A stretch of 64,000 nt of DNA, taken from assembly GCF_009914755.1 (NCBI RefSeq), contig NC_060933.1; one strand, 5' to 3'. Under the pieces are notes generated by a model, which was given only the letters and a program-made list of their open reading frames with translations, was not told the origin of the DNA and did not search any database. The translations under genes and the position numbers were made by a program. This DNA comes from the human T2T-CHM13v2.0 reference genome, Homo sapiens. This document shows positions 49,333 through 64,000 of this stretch, in pieces (positions within the stretch are counted from its first letter, which is position 1; each line of letters opens with the position of its first letter).

Positions 49333-51618
49333 TTACTTGGGAGACTGAGGCAGGAGGATCACTTGAATCCGGGAGGCGGAGGTTGCAGTGAGCCAAAACC
49401 ATGCCACTGGACTCCAGCCTGGGTGATAGAGTGAGACTCCGTCTCAAAAATAATAATAATGATGATGAAGCAGTGAAAAACCGTACACTTTAAGCACTTT
49501 ATGATTTCACAGTCTTCATACATTTGTCCACCTAAGCTTGTTCCTGATCCACACATGCTTTTACCACTGCCAGTTTTAACACATATTAGTAGATTCCTGT
49601 TTTGCTGCATTAGTTTTCTCAACTTTGGTAATATTCTTGCTGCAGTTGTTGGTTTTCTTTTTGGAGACAGGGTCTCACTGTCACTCAGGTTGGAGTACAC
49701 TGGTGTGATAACGGCTCACCACAACCTAAACCTGCCGGGCTCAGGTGATCCTCCCACCTCAGCCTCCCAAGTAGCTGGGACTACAGGCGTGGGCCACCAT
49801 GCCCGGCTAATGGAGGGGGAAGGGCTGAGCTTGTCTGAAGACCCTCCCGTGGGTGTGGCAGAGCCTGTGGTCTGAGGCAGGGGTCCAGCTGCAGAGCAGC
49901 CCACAGCTTCGCAGTGGCCCAGGGAACCAGGGCAGGCAGGCCGTGGGGCCCAGTGCCTTCTGGGCCAGGCCTTGATGCTGAGGCCATGGAATAGGTGCGG
50001 CTCTGAGAAGGGACCAGAGTGACCATGGGCTGAAGGCTATGTCCACAGACCCAATGTGGCAGAAGCTGTGCCAGGCAGTGATGTCAGCCAGGCTCCCTAG
50101 CAGGTCTAGGGATGTCAGGGGCAGCTCTGTCCCAGGTGGCAGACACTGGTTTCCCCTCCTGCTCTCACAACTGTCCTGTGACCGGGTGTTGTCTGAGCTG
50201 TGGTGAGGCCTCCCTGGTGACATCCAGGAGCAGGGAGCATGTGGGTGGGGGGTGTGTGCACCTGCCCTGGCTGCCTGGCCCTGTGGCCAAGGATGGGGGA
50301 AGGCACTCCGCCTGCAGCTCCACCCCATTTGTAAAGCACTGTGTGCCTTCTGCTGGGGCATGTGCTGAGGGTGCCTCGCAGGCACTCCCCTCGGGAAGTT
50401 CACAGGCTTGTGTAGAAGCTGGTGGAAATGTGCTAAGAAGAGGTGTCAGGAGCCAGATATTGGGCAGGTCCCAGGTCTCTGAGCCTCAGTTTCTTCATCT
50501 GTAGGAGGGTGGTAACCCTGCCCTGCTCAGCTTACCAGGTACAGCTGTGAGTTTTCAGTGCAGAGGAAAAGCAGAGCCCTTCCCCTCAGATGGCCATATT
50601 GCCTTGTTGCTGTACCCAACTTTCCAGTGCTCCCCCAGGGGGTGTCCTGGCCTCCTCCTTTGTAGCTCTCAGATGTCACATGTGGGTCCTGCCGTACCAT
50701 CCCCTCTCCCTGTCTTGAAACGAGGCCTGCTGAGCTTGAAGCCACCCCACTCCATGCTCTCAAGCCATCTGCTCCTGGGTTAGCTTGTGGCTGGCCTGGC
50801 CTGATTCTACATAGATGTGGGTGTTTCTCCAGTGCTGGGGCAGCGGTTGTCCATTCTGGGGCCTGGGTCAGCTCTCAGCTATGGCTGTTGTGCCTGTGCT
50901 TCCCCAGGTCCTTGTGGTCACTCCAACCCTGCCCTCAGATATCCTAAGAGCAGGCTGACTGTCTTCCCCATTCCTACCTTTCCAGTAACTGTTGCACAAA
51001 GGGACAGACACTGCTGCAGAGAGCTTGCCACAGTGTTTCATGCTGCGGCTGGTGGTTCCAGGCTGCACGCTCCATTCTAGAAAGGGTGAGGATTACTGAT
51101 CATCAGTCTTAACAGGGGACTGTCCTATGGGTACCTGGATACGCTACCGGGAGTGGGGCAGAGTGGGGTTAGAGTAGTGCCTGATGCCCGTTGAGGGTGT
51201 GCGGGTTCCTTAAGAGTGTGCACCCTGTAGCCAGCACGTATGTCTGTTTTTTTTCTTCTCCTTATCACTAATCAGCCTTTGGTAACCAGGCTGGCCCTGC
51301 TTCCTGCCTACGGGCTATGGGTGTACCGTCTGGAGCTGCAAATGGGGTGATGGGGCATCAGTAGCCTTCCCACACCCAAGAACTTCCTGACACTCAGCGC
51401 CTCATCTCCAGCCAACCTCTGGCTCCCCCAGAGATCCTGGGACCCAGGCCTCACACTCCAGCAGGGGGGGGTCTTCGTCCTTCTGGTGGTGCTCTCCTTT
51501 GGAGGTACCGTCGAACAGGGGTGCAACAGATAGAATTCAGGAAGTGCCATCTGTTGCATGGATACCCTGCTGCCACCCTTGTCCACCTTCCTGGGGCAGA
51601 TCCTGGGATGGGTCTTTA

Positions 51619-51970
<352 letters not shown>

Positions 51971-54082
51971 ATAGAGGTTGTCTATGTGACTCTGGGCAAG
52001 TGATTTCTCCTCCTTCCCTTCTTGGGATTCAGCTCCTTGCCTGTGAACAGGGACAGTGCTTCTCCCTTACAGAGCTGTTGTGAGAATTAAAGTAGAAAAT
52101 GCACCTGTGGTGGTTGTTGGTAGTGAGTGGTTCCCCCGATCCCGACTCCCCTGCAGGATGGGGCCTGGGCCCAGGCACAGGGGATGGGCTGGCAGAGGAT
52201 GCCTGTCCCAGAGAGGAGCCTTCTTGGCAGACGTGGAGATCTAGCTGAGTCAGAGTCCAGGATCTAAGTTTGAGGGTGCATCTTACAGCCTGCAATCATG
52301 AGTCTTTGGCAGGGTCAAGCGGCCTTTCTGAGCTTTAGTTCCTTATCAGTAAACCCTGGGCAGTGGTGCCCAGCATCTTTCACAGGACACCATGTGAGTG
52401 CAGATGGAGATCCACTGAGCACTCTGCTAGGGAACAATTCATGGGGAGCACCCCTCCAGAGAGGGATGGCTCGCACAGGCCCTCAGCCCAGCCCCTTGCA
52501 GGCTGGACCTTGGAGAGTGAGGCCCTGAGACGAGACATGGGCACCTGGCTTCTGGCCTGCACCTGCGTCTGCACCTGTGTCTGCTCGGGAGTCTCTGTCT
52601 CAGGGGATGGACAAGGTGAGGGCTGGGCACTAGTGTCTGTATGAGGTGGGTGGAGAACTAGGGTATGTTTGGGGGACTGGGTTGTCCAATGTCGAGCCCC
52701 TAGGGAAAGGTTTGGCCCAAACTGTGCTGGGGCATGTCCTCTAGGGGTCAGCCTGGACCTCTGTCTCTAGTCTCTCTTCCTTTACCTCCCTACCTCCGGT
52801 CCCTGGACCGACCCTTCCTTCACCCTCTTGACACCTCTCTGGTTCTGACTTGCCCATGTACCATGGGTCAGAGCCCATCACTTCCCAGGCCTCCCAGTGC
52901 TTCCCTGGACAGATTCTGGGGTCATTCACTGGTGACTGCCCTGCTAGGATGTCAGCTGTCGGATCCCCCCCAACCCCCCAACTCAGCTCTCTTCTGAAGC
53001 ACTCACTGTGGGCTCCCAGCCGTCACTGTCTCCAGGGCCAAGGGCTGGAACCTCCACCTGCCTCACCAACAACATTCTCAGGATTGATTGCCACTGGTCT
53101 GCCCCAGAGCTGGGTCAGGGCTCCAGCCCCGGGCTCCCCTTCATCAGGTGAGGGTGGAGGGCCATGCCCACCTGGATAGGGATGAGGGTGAGGATTGCAG
53201 CAGCTGCACCAGGATAGTGTAGCAGCCCCGTGGTGCTGACACATGCCCTTTTCAGCAACCAGGCTGCTGGTGGCACACAGAAGTGCATCTGGCAGGGCAG
53301 TGAGTGCACTGTAGTGTTGCCGCCCAAGGCAGCACTCCTGCCATCTGACAATTTCATCATCACTTTCTACCACTGCGTGTCCGGGAGGGATCGGGTCAGC
53401 CTGGTGGACCTGTAGTACCTGCCCTGGAGACACGGTGAACAGCAGCTATAGGCCTGGGGCAGGGCCCCTTGGCAAGAACATCCTGGCTGCCTGGGGGCTG
53501 GGAGAAAGGCCCTGCAGCCTGCGACCCCCGTGGCCCAGTAAGTGTTCTCAGTCCCTGCCAAGTAAGATCCAGGGCTGGGGGCAGGCTTGGCCCCTGGGAA
53601 GGGAGGGTCCACGTGGTTACTGCAGGGGCCAAAGGAAGTCACTGCTGTCCTGTCCCGCCTGGGGCTTTTCTGGACCAGTCTCCCAGTGAGGTGTCTGGTC
53701 TGAGAGGGTCTTGACCATGCCCCTTGGGAATCTTTCAGATCCCCAGTCTTGGGTGTGCTGACTGACACACCCAGACCCATGGGGCTTCAGCCTTACATGG
53801 ATTCTCTCTGTTCCTGTGAAGCTGGACCCACTCTGACTTGCAGAGCACGTCATCTCGCCACTGCATCCTGACCTGGAGCCTCAGTCCTGCCTTGGAGTCA
53901 GTGACCACACTTCTCAGCTATGAGCTGGCCTTCAAGAGGCAGGAAGAGGCCTGGGAGGTAACACTTTGGCTGGCTTTTCTCCTGGGGGCCTCTCTCCTGG
54001 GAGCAGCAGTCCAGGGCAGACTCCCCACTCTAAATAAGGCGAGGTCAACTTGGAGTGATGAGGAGGGGAGGAACTGGAGCCA

Positions 54083-54555
54083 GGTGTGTGTGTGCACACA
54101 CAGGCTGACATTTACATGTGTGTGCTTCATGTGTGTGTATGTGAGTAGGGTGAGTGTGCCTGTGTCTCTGTGTGTGCACATAAGTGTGGTAAGTGTGCAT
54201 GTGTTTATGTGTGCACTTACAAGTGTGCCCATGTTTGTGTTTGTAAGTGTACATATGAGTGTGTCTGCACCTTGTGTTTGTATGTGTGAGTGTGCACATG
54301 GGCATGCCTGTGTGTACGTGTATGTGAGTGTGGTGAGTTGCTTCTGTGCACACACTCGTGTATATGAGTGTGCATGCAAGTGTGCCTGTAGACATGTTTG
54401 CCTGTGTATGCATATTTGTATTTGTGGGCAAACGCTGTATCTGTGTGTGAGTGTGCCTTCTCTGTGTGTGTGTGTGCACGTGAACATGGCGAGTGTGCCT
54501 GTGTGAACACAGGTGCATTCATGTATGTGTTATGTGAGCGTGTGCGTGTGTGTAT
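54083..54555. repeat. GT-rich low-complexity tract in IL9R-pseudogene intron
   Basis: Imperfect (TG)n. Confidence 0.85.
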
Positions 54556-57500
54556 TCTCAAGGGCTGAGGGACCCAGCCCCACCTTCAGCACCTGCCAAC
54601 TGTCGCCACCCCCACAGCGGGCCCAGCGCAGGGATCACATTGTCGGGGTGACCTGGCTCATACTTGAAGCCTTTGAGCTGGACCCTGGCTTTATCCTTGA
54701 GGCCAAGCTGCGTGTCCAGACGGCCATGCTGGAGGATGACGGGGCACAGGCCGGTGGAGCGAGGGGAGCCAGCCCGTGTGCTTCCAGGCTCCCCAGAGAC
54801 AAGGTGGGCGCTGCTATGGCTGCCGCACTTCCAGAGTCTGGGCTGGGTGTCCCCCACTCCCTTTCAGCCTCCTGGAAGCCCCTCCCTGAGGCAGCCATGT
54901 CCCAGTTGACCCCCTTCCTCTGAAGGTCTGAGGTCTGCAGGGAGGACACAAACACCTGCCAACTCTGGGGCTTCCTGGGAACCTGTAGTCAGTGGCTCCT
55001 GTTAGGAGTGAGGGTGGCAGGGCTGCACACCAGGGCTGGGCTCCTGCCTGGAGGCTGGACATGACCTCAGTGTCCTTAATGGGGGCTGGACTGACCCTTG
55101 CGCACTGCAGTGCTGAGACGGCCCAGGGACTTTATGACCCACCGTGTGGCAGATGGGAAGAGTGAGGCCCAGGAGTGTGGTTCACACAAGGTCCTTCAGC
55201 AGGTGACACAAACCTCCAAGGCCCATCACAAGGTCCTTCAGCAGGTGACACAAACCTCCAAGGCTCATCACAAACCTTCCACTTTGGCCCAGGGCACTAA
55301 AGGGCGCACCTTTGCCAGGTGGGTTTGGGGGGAGCCTCCTGGCACTGAGGCTGCTCACAGCCCTGGGCCCTTCCTGCCCACGGACCCTCTGATCCCACCC
55401 TGGGGGTGGCCAGGCAACACCCTTGTTGCTGTGTCCATCTTTCTCCTGCTGACTGGCCCGACCTACCTCCTGTTCAAGCTGTCGCCCAGGTAGGTGGCTG
55501 ATGTGTGCGTGTGTGTACATGTGTGAGCGGGCAAGAGTGTGCATGTTAGTGTATGTGTGCAGATGTGTGACTGTGTGCATGTGTGAGTGTGTGGTGGGTG
55601 GGCCGTCAAGGGCCGCCCTTGTCTGGTTCCTCCCCTCCCCTCTCCACTGCCTGGTCCTGGATGGGGTGGGCTTTTCGAGTCTCCACCCTGGTCCAGAAGA
55701 GGGTTCTCAACTTGCCAGGGGAGAGCAGGGAAGGGGGGTCTGAGGCAGAGGCTGAAGATAAGGGCAGCTTGGTCCCGACCAGTCCCAGAGTCACCGAGAT
55801 CAAGAGCCCGGGGTCCTAGTCTCCTGCCTCTGGAGGAGCTTGGTTTGTTCATTTGTTCAATGTTCTACAAAAGGACAGTTGGGGCATCTGGTGTACACAG
55901 GACCCTCTTCTCACCCTGGCCGATGCCTTAGAGAACAAGATGGACAAGGACCCTCCTTAAATAAACCATCACGCCTCATGCACCACATGTCAGGTTACAA
56001 GAGGGAGTGCAGGGGCCATGTCAGGCGGAGGATGTGAGGAAGAGGGTGTGGGGAGAGGGGTGTTGGGTGGGGCTAAGCGGGAGGGTGCTTGGCTTCTCCT
56101 TGGAGCAAAGGAAAGTGTGAAACTGTGTAATACGACCTAGTTTATGTTTTGAGGAATGGATTGCTGGGAAAGGGGACATGGGGGACCTGCTGGAGGCCAA
56201 TGGGGGCCAGTGGGGTGCCCACAGGGAGATGATTTGGCGTGAGCCAGTGAAAGAAGTGGAGATAGAGCAAGGTGGAGGGAATTGCAGGGTCTTAGGGGGA
56301 GAAATAGAGGGGACGTGTGGCTGGATGAGATACGAGCGGTGACCCCTGAGGTGGGGAAATGGGGCACAGCCTTGCGGGGAGGTTGGCGAGGTCTATTTGC
56401 ACCTCTTGGGTTGGAGCCCCAGGTGACATCCTTGTGGGAGGGTCACTGGATCCTTGGCAGCAAGTCAGGTGCTCAGGGAGACACTGGGTGGGGTGGGAGC
56501 CACAGACGTGCTGATGGCAAAGACAGAGTTCCTGGAGGTGCGGCTCCCTCCGCCGGCTGAGGATCTAGCTGACAACTCCCCGTTCTGAACCCGCCATCGC
56601 AGCTCATGCTGTAAAGGACGCGCGCCTCAGTATAAGTCAGTTCTATGCGGCCATTAGGCAAGGAGGCCCAGTTGGGTCCTGCCCTGAGAGTGGGTTGGGA
56701 TGTGATGAGATGGGAGAGAGGCAGTGGCAGGGACGAGGTGGGCGGACCTCCTGCTGATGGAAGGAAGCTCAGCCTCTGCAGTGACCTCAGGCCACCTGGG
56801 TCCCCATAGGCCTCTGACTGGCCTCTCCTGGCCTCAGGGTGAAGAGAACCTTCTACTAGAATGTGCCCTCTCTAGCAGTGTTCTTCTAGCCCCTCTACGG
56901 TGTGCACAATGGGAACTTCCAGGTGTGTGCAGAGACCACGGCAGGGCGTCGGGGGCAGGTGTTGCCCAGAGCTCTGGCCTGCCAGAGATGTTGGCTTTCA
57001 TGAGGGTTGGCGGCCAGTATGGGAAACTTGTCAGTGCTTGGAGCCTTTTCTGTATATTCAGTGTATTTCAATTTATACGCTGTGTCTCCAGTGGGGAAAA
57101 ACTAGCTTTATTCTCCGTTACTGATTTTTCTTTTTGTTCTCATGTCTCCAGTTCCACTGTTGATGGAAAAATGTAAATTTCTCATGACTTATCTCTGTCC
57201 CCTCTGGTTTGCGGCTGTCTGCACCCACCATGTGCCTCACCTCCTCCTTCTGCGAAGGTGTCTGTCCCTTGGCTGTGGGGAAGGGTCTGTGGTGTGTGCG
57301 CTGCCCTTGGGGCTCTCACTGCCTCTGGGCTCCTGCTCTGCCTGGTCCCCTGGTCCCCTGGTCCCCTGGTCCCCACAGATCGCATGCTGGCACCACAGCT
57401 GTGGAGTGGGCTCTGCAATTCCCCGTCTGTGGCCCTGTTGGGCCCCCACAGCCCAGGAACCAGTGAGCAACTTGGGGGTTGCATCAGCCCCTCCCCTCCC

Positions 57501-58266
57501 TGCTGGGCTGGCGGTTCATGCCCCCTGGGTGGGAGGAGGGGGAGAGGGAGGGCTCCATTGAATGGTCTCTGGTTGTTCCCCTCAGACTCCTCACTTTGGG
57601 CAAAGGACAAGAAGCAGTGAGGGCCCCTCCCTGGGGTCTGGGCCAAGCTGACCCCTCTTCTCCAGGATCTTCCCTCCCTGTGCCCTAGGGCATCCCTGGG
57701 CCCTGTGCAGCAAGGATGTCCCTTCCACACCGCGGCTCCAACTTACTATGCAGAAAAATCCTTTTTTCTCTCAATGAGGAGCCTAGTTTTCAAGATTTTT
57801 GTCCAAATGTTCAATTTGAACCATAAACCAGGCACCTGGCTCTTCACAGAGTCTCCCCCTTTCCCCAAGGTGGTAGGTGTGACTGTCACGAGCCTGGGCA
57901 GCCTAGTACAAGGCTGAGCAGGGCACAGATCGCGACTGTCCCCTGGACTGTCATCCTGTTGCAGGCACCAGCCCTTCCCTAGAGAATCAGGGCACCTGCC
58001 AGGGGTTATTTAGACCCGCGGGTGGGGATCTGGTGCCGTAGGTTTGTCTCCAGGGAGCAGTGCAGTGACAGAGGGTGTGTTGTGTGTTTAGGGAGCAGTG
58101 CAGTGACGGAGGGTGTGTTGTGTGTTGTGCATGGGATGGAGGTTCCTGGTCTCACCAAGGGAACAGCTTCCTTTTGGAGGCGGGGGCCGCCTGTGGCCCC
58201 ACAGAAGGATCCAGGTCTGCTCGCCTTAGCCCAGTGCTTTGAAAGTCACCAGTCCTGACAGCGACT

Positions 58267-58539
58267 TGTGTGTGTGTGTGTGTGTGTTTGTGTGTGTGTC
58301 TGTGTGTATGTCTGTGTGTGTCTGTGTGTGTTTATGTGTGTGTGTTTGTGTGTGTCTGTGTGTGTATGTCTGTGTGTCCGTGTTTATGTGTGTGTGTCTG
58401 TGTGTGTCTGTGTGTCTGTGTGTGTTTGTGTGTGTATGTGTGTGTCTGTGTGTATCTGTGTGTGTTTGTGTCTGTGTGTGTTCGTGTGTGTGTGTTTGTG
58501 TGTGTCTGTGTGTGTTTATGTCTGTGTGTTTGTGTGTGT

Positions 58540-58597
<58 letters not shown>
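58267..58597. repeat. Compound (GT)n/(GTCT) microsatellite, ~330 bp
   Basis: Interrupted GT repeat ending in a pure run. Confidence 0.95.
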
Positions 58598-58598
<1 letters not shown>

Positions 58599-59789
58599 GG
58601 GAATGCCCAGTCTCTGCAGCTGCTGAAAGGCCCTGAGGCACATGCTGTCAGGAGCTGGCTCTGTCCTGGGCAGATATCACCATCTGTACCTCGGTTCAGG
58701 CTGCCGTGGGCACCAGGTCCTGTGCTGGGGGAGTGCTGAGAGGCCTGAAGGGATTCAGGGTCCCGTGATGAGGCTGGGCTGGCACATGGAGGAAAGACAG
58801 AATGTCCAAGACACAGGCGCTGCTTGGCCTCTGGGTGTGGACCTCAGGAGGGCTTCCTGGAGGAGGAGGGATGCTGGGCTTGCCAGAAAGGAGGCAGCTG
58901 CTCCCAGGATGAGTTCTGAACATGCTACCTGAGCCCTTCCCTCCTCCTGCACTCTGTTCCAGACTCGGATGGGAGGCCCACAGGGCCGGTGTGCTGTGAG
59001 CCAGGACTGTGCTGGCACCCGACGAGGAGCCTTGGAGCCCTGCATCCAGGAGGCCACTGCACTGTTCACCTGTGGCCCAGCGGGTCCTTGGAAATCTGTG
59101 GGCCTGGAGGAGGAGCAGGAAGGCACTGGGACCTGAGCTCAGAGCATGTGCTGCCAGCAGGGTGTACAGAGTGGAGGGCACAGCCCCTTGCCTATCTGCC
59201 ACAGGAGGACTTGGCCCCCACGTCCCCCACCAGGGCATGTTACTCCCTTCCGTCCTTAGCAAGGCTTGGTCCTGGATGTCCTGGGTCCCTGACTTGCCAG
59301 ATGAATCATGTCCATTTTGGGAAAATGGACTTAAGTCTCCGGAGCCCTTGTCTGGGACTGAACCTCCTGAGAATGGGCCCCTAGCAGTGGTTGGAGGTCC
59401 TGTCTGGATGGAGGCTCAGGGGCAGCTTCAGGGAGAAAGGATCCCTCCGCTCAGTGCCTGTGGGGAGCAGCCTCTACCCTCAGCATCCTGCCCACAGGTT
59501 CTTCCTTCCGCTGTCCCTTTTCTTTATCCCTGGCCTCTCTGAGAAGAGGGGTGTGGTCTCTCAGCTGTTCCACCATCATCCCCTTAAAGGGCCAGCCTGG
59601 GCCCAGTGTACACAGGTAAGGCACCATGACCACCTGGTGTGACCTCTCTGTGCCTTCCTGAGGCACCTTTCTAGAGATTAAAAGGGGCTTCATGGCTGTT
59701 CCAAAGTGCTGATGGCTGGGAAGAGGGGCCAGAGGAGGAGTGAGGGGTGAGGTTTGGCCAGCCCTAGGCTTTCTGGGCTCTAGGGACAG

Positions 59790-60270
59790 CCTGGTGGATG
59801 CTCAATGACAGTTTCGGGGACAGCAGGGTGGAGGCTCAGGGGCAACTCCAGGGACAGCAGGGTGTAGGCTCAGGGGAAGCTCCGGGGACAGCAGGGTGGA
59901 GCCTCAGGGGCAGCTCCGGGGACAGCAGGGTGGAGCCTCAGGGGCAGCTCCGGGGACAGCAGGGTGGAGGTTCAGGGACAGCTCTGGGCTAAGGTAAGGG
60001 TGGAGGCTCAGGGGCAGCTCCGGGGACAGCAGGGTGGAGGTTCAGGGACAGCTCTGGGCTAAGGTAAGGGTGGAGACTCAGGGGCAGCTCTGGGGACAGC
60101 AGTAGTGGAGGCTCAGGGACAGCTCTGGGCTGAGGTCAGGGTGGAGGTTCAGGGGCAGCTCTGGGGACAGCAGGGTGGAGGCTCAGGGACAGCACTGGGC
60201 TGAGGTCAGGGTGGAGGCTCAGGGGCAGCTTCATGGACAGCAGGGTGGAGGTTCAGGGACAGTTCCCGGG
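59790..60270. repeat. ~30-bp G-rich minisatellite downstream of IL9R pseudogene
   Basis: Unit GGGGACAGCAGGGTGGAGGCTCAGGGGCAGCTCC-like, ~15 copies with a higher-order two-unit pattern. Confidence 0.9.
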
Positions 60271-60478
60271 AGGCCAGAGCCCTCATTCCTCCTTGTCCTC
60301 ATCCTCCCACTTGCTCCTAGAAACTGAGAGATGAGGCTGGAGCTCCCAGTCAGTGCTGGAAATGACCATCCAGCAGTGATGGTGGCCTGTGAAGGGTCCT
60401 GCTTCTGTCCTCAGCCTCTCATGGGGTGGGTTTGAGGGAGAGCTGTGGTCTGGAGAGAGCGGCAGATGGAGCAGAACG

Positions 60479-63083
<2,605 letters not shown>

Positions 63084-63114
63084 ATCTTCTTTGATTACTA
63101 TCTCAATGAGTTCC

Positions 63115-63725
63115 CGTCAAGGCTGGGGATGGCGGGCTCCATTTCAGTCGAAATTTCCAAAATATCGGCCTGGAAAAATCCAGACGCTGATTTTTAGAGA
63201 TTCTCCAGAGCTGCCGCGAGGGGGCGCCCGGCCCTGCCAAACCCTGAGGGCTGCGCGCGCGAACCGTGTCCGAACCGCACGGCGGCGGCGTGGGGCGTCC
63301 ACTGTGAGGACGGAGCTTCCTCTCCTCAGCACCCACCCCGGAGGGGCCGGGGCTTCGGGACACCTGGGGCCACGTCCGCTGTGAAGACAGGGAGACGCTC
63401 CGGGACACCTGGGGCCGCCGAGGAGAAAGTGAGAAAAAGGCTTTCTGCCCCCGCTGTGAGTGCCGCGGAGCGAGCGCGGCGCGTTTCCCGTCTGGCCATT
63501 TGTACCCGGACTTCACTTTGTACCAGCGTCCCTTCATGGAGGCTTGGGCGGCTCACCCCCAGCACAGGACAAGATGCCGGTTACGGATGCGATTTTGTTT
63601 CTGGGGAGAGACCCTGGTCCCGGGAGAAGCGGAGGAACGTGGAGACGCCGTTGTGCCGTCGGGCGGTCTGGAGGTTGGGGACTGGCAGGGGCCACAGCCT
63701 GAGGCCGAGGTAACAGACGCCCCCT
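63115..63725 (+). promoter_or_regulatory. CpG island, candidate promoter/first exon
   Basis: Dense CpG; CTCF-like CCGCGAGGGGGCGC at 63214-63227; donor-like GAG|GTAACA at 63709/63710. Confidence 0.6.
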
Positions 63726-63727
63726 GA

Positions 63728-63936
<209 letters not shown>

Positions 63937-64000
63937 TAACGTAGTGGAAACAACACAGGAAAATGGAAAAGTAGCACATTATCATGCTCAGGGCACTGCA

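Noticed and set aside
55185-55272. 42-bp tandem duplication (similar short ones at ~58052-58125 and ~60674-60741)
   Set aside because: Ordinary two-copy slippage events with no evident function
52363-59542. Functional IL9R gene
   Set aside because: No exon 1, three in-frame TAG stops, two destroyed acceptors, frameshifts, WSXWS motif altered

Overview
Human (or very closely related ape) genomic DNA, recognisable as the 9q34.3 subtelomere. 1-11.4 kb is an L1/Alu/MER11-filled intron. 11.8-39.9 kb holds the 3' end of CACNA1B (Cav2.2 N-type calcium channel alpha-1B, + strand): exon 36, mutually exclusive exons 37a/37b, exons 38-46 (numbering anchored on the e37a/b convention), two intronic VNTRs and a ~2.6 kb 3' UTR. 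Immediately downstream lies what looks like a fossil chromosome end: a short degenerate TTAGGG patch, an LTR, a TAR1 telomere-associated repeat whose 61-bp unit is amplified into 13 tandem CTCF-consensus motifs, and a degenerate (TTAGGG)n tract. That tract is fused directly, mid-Alu, to a duplicated block carrying an orphan last exon of POLR3K (absent from the ORF track), an LTR5 solo LTR and the exon-1-less IL9R pseudogene (IL9RP1). The window ends in a CpG island with TAR1-like traces. Most ORFs in the supplied track are artefacts of Alu, L1 or tandem repeats. Gene identities come from recognising translated sequence from memory, not from a database search; repeat boundaries are approximate unless target-site duplications (TSDs) are quoted.
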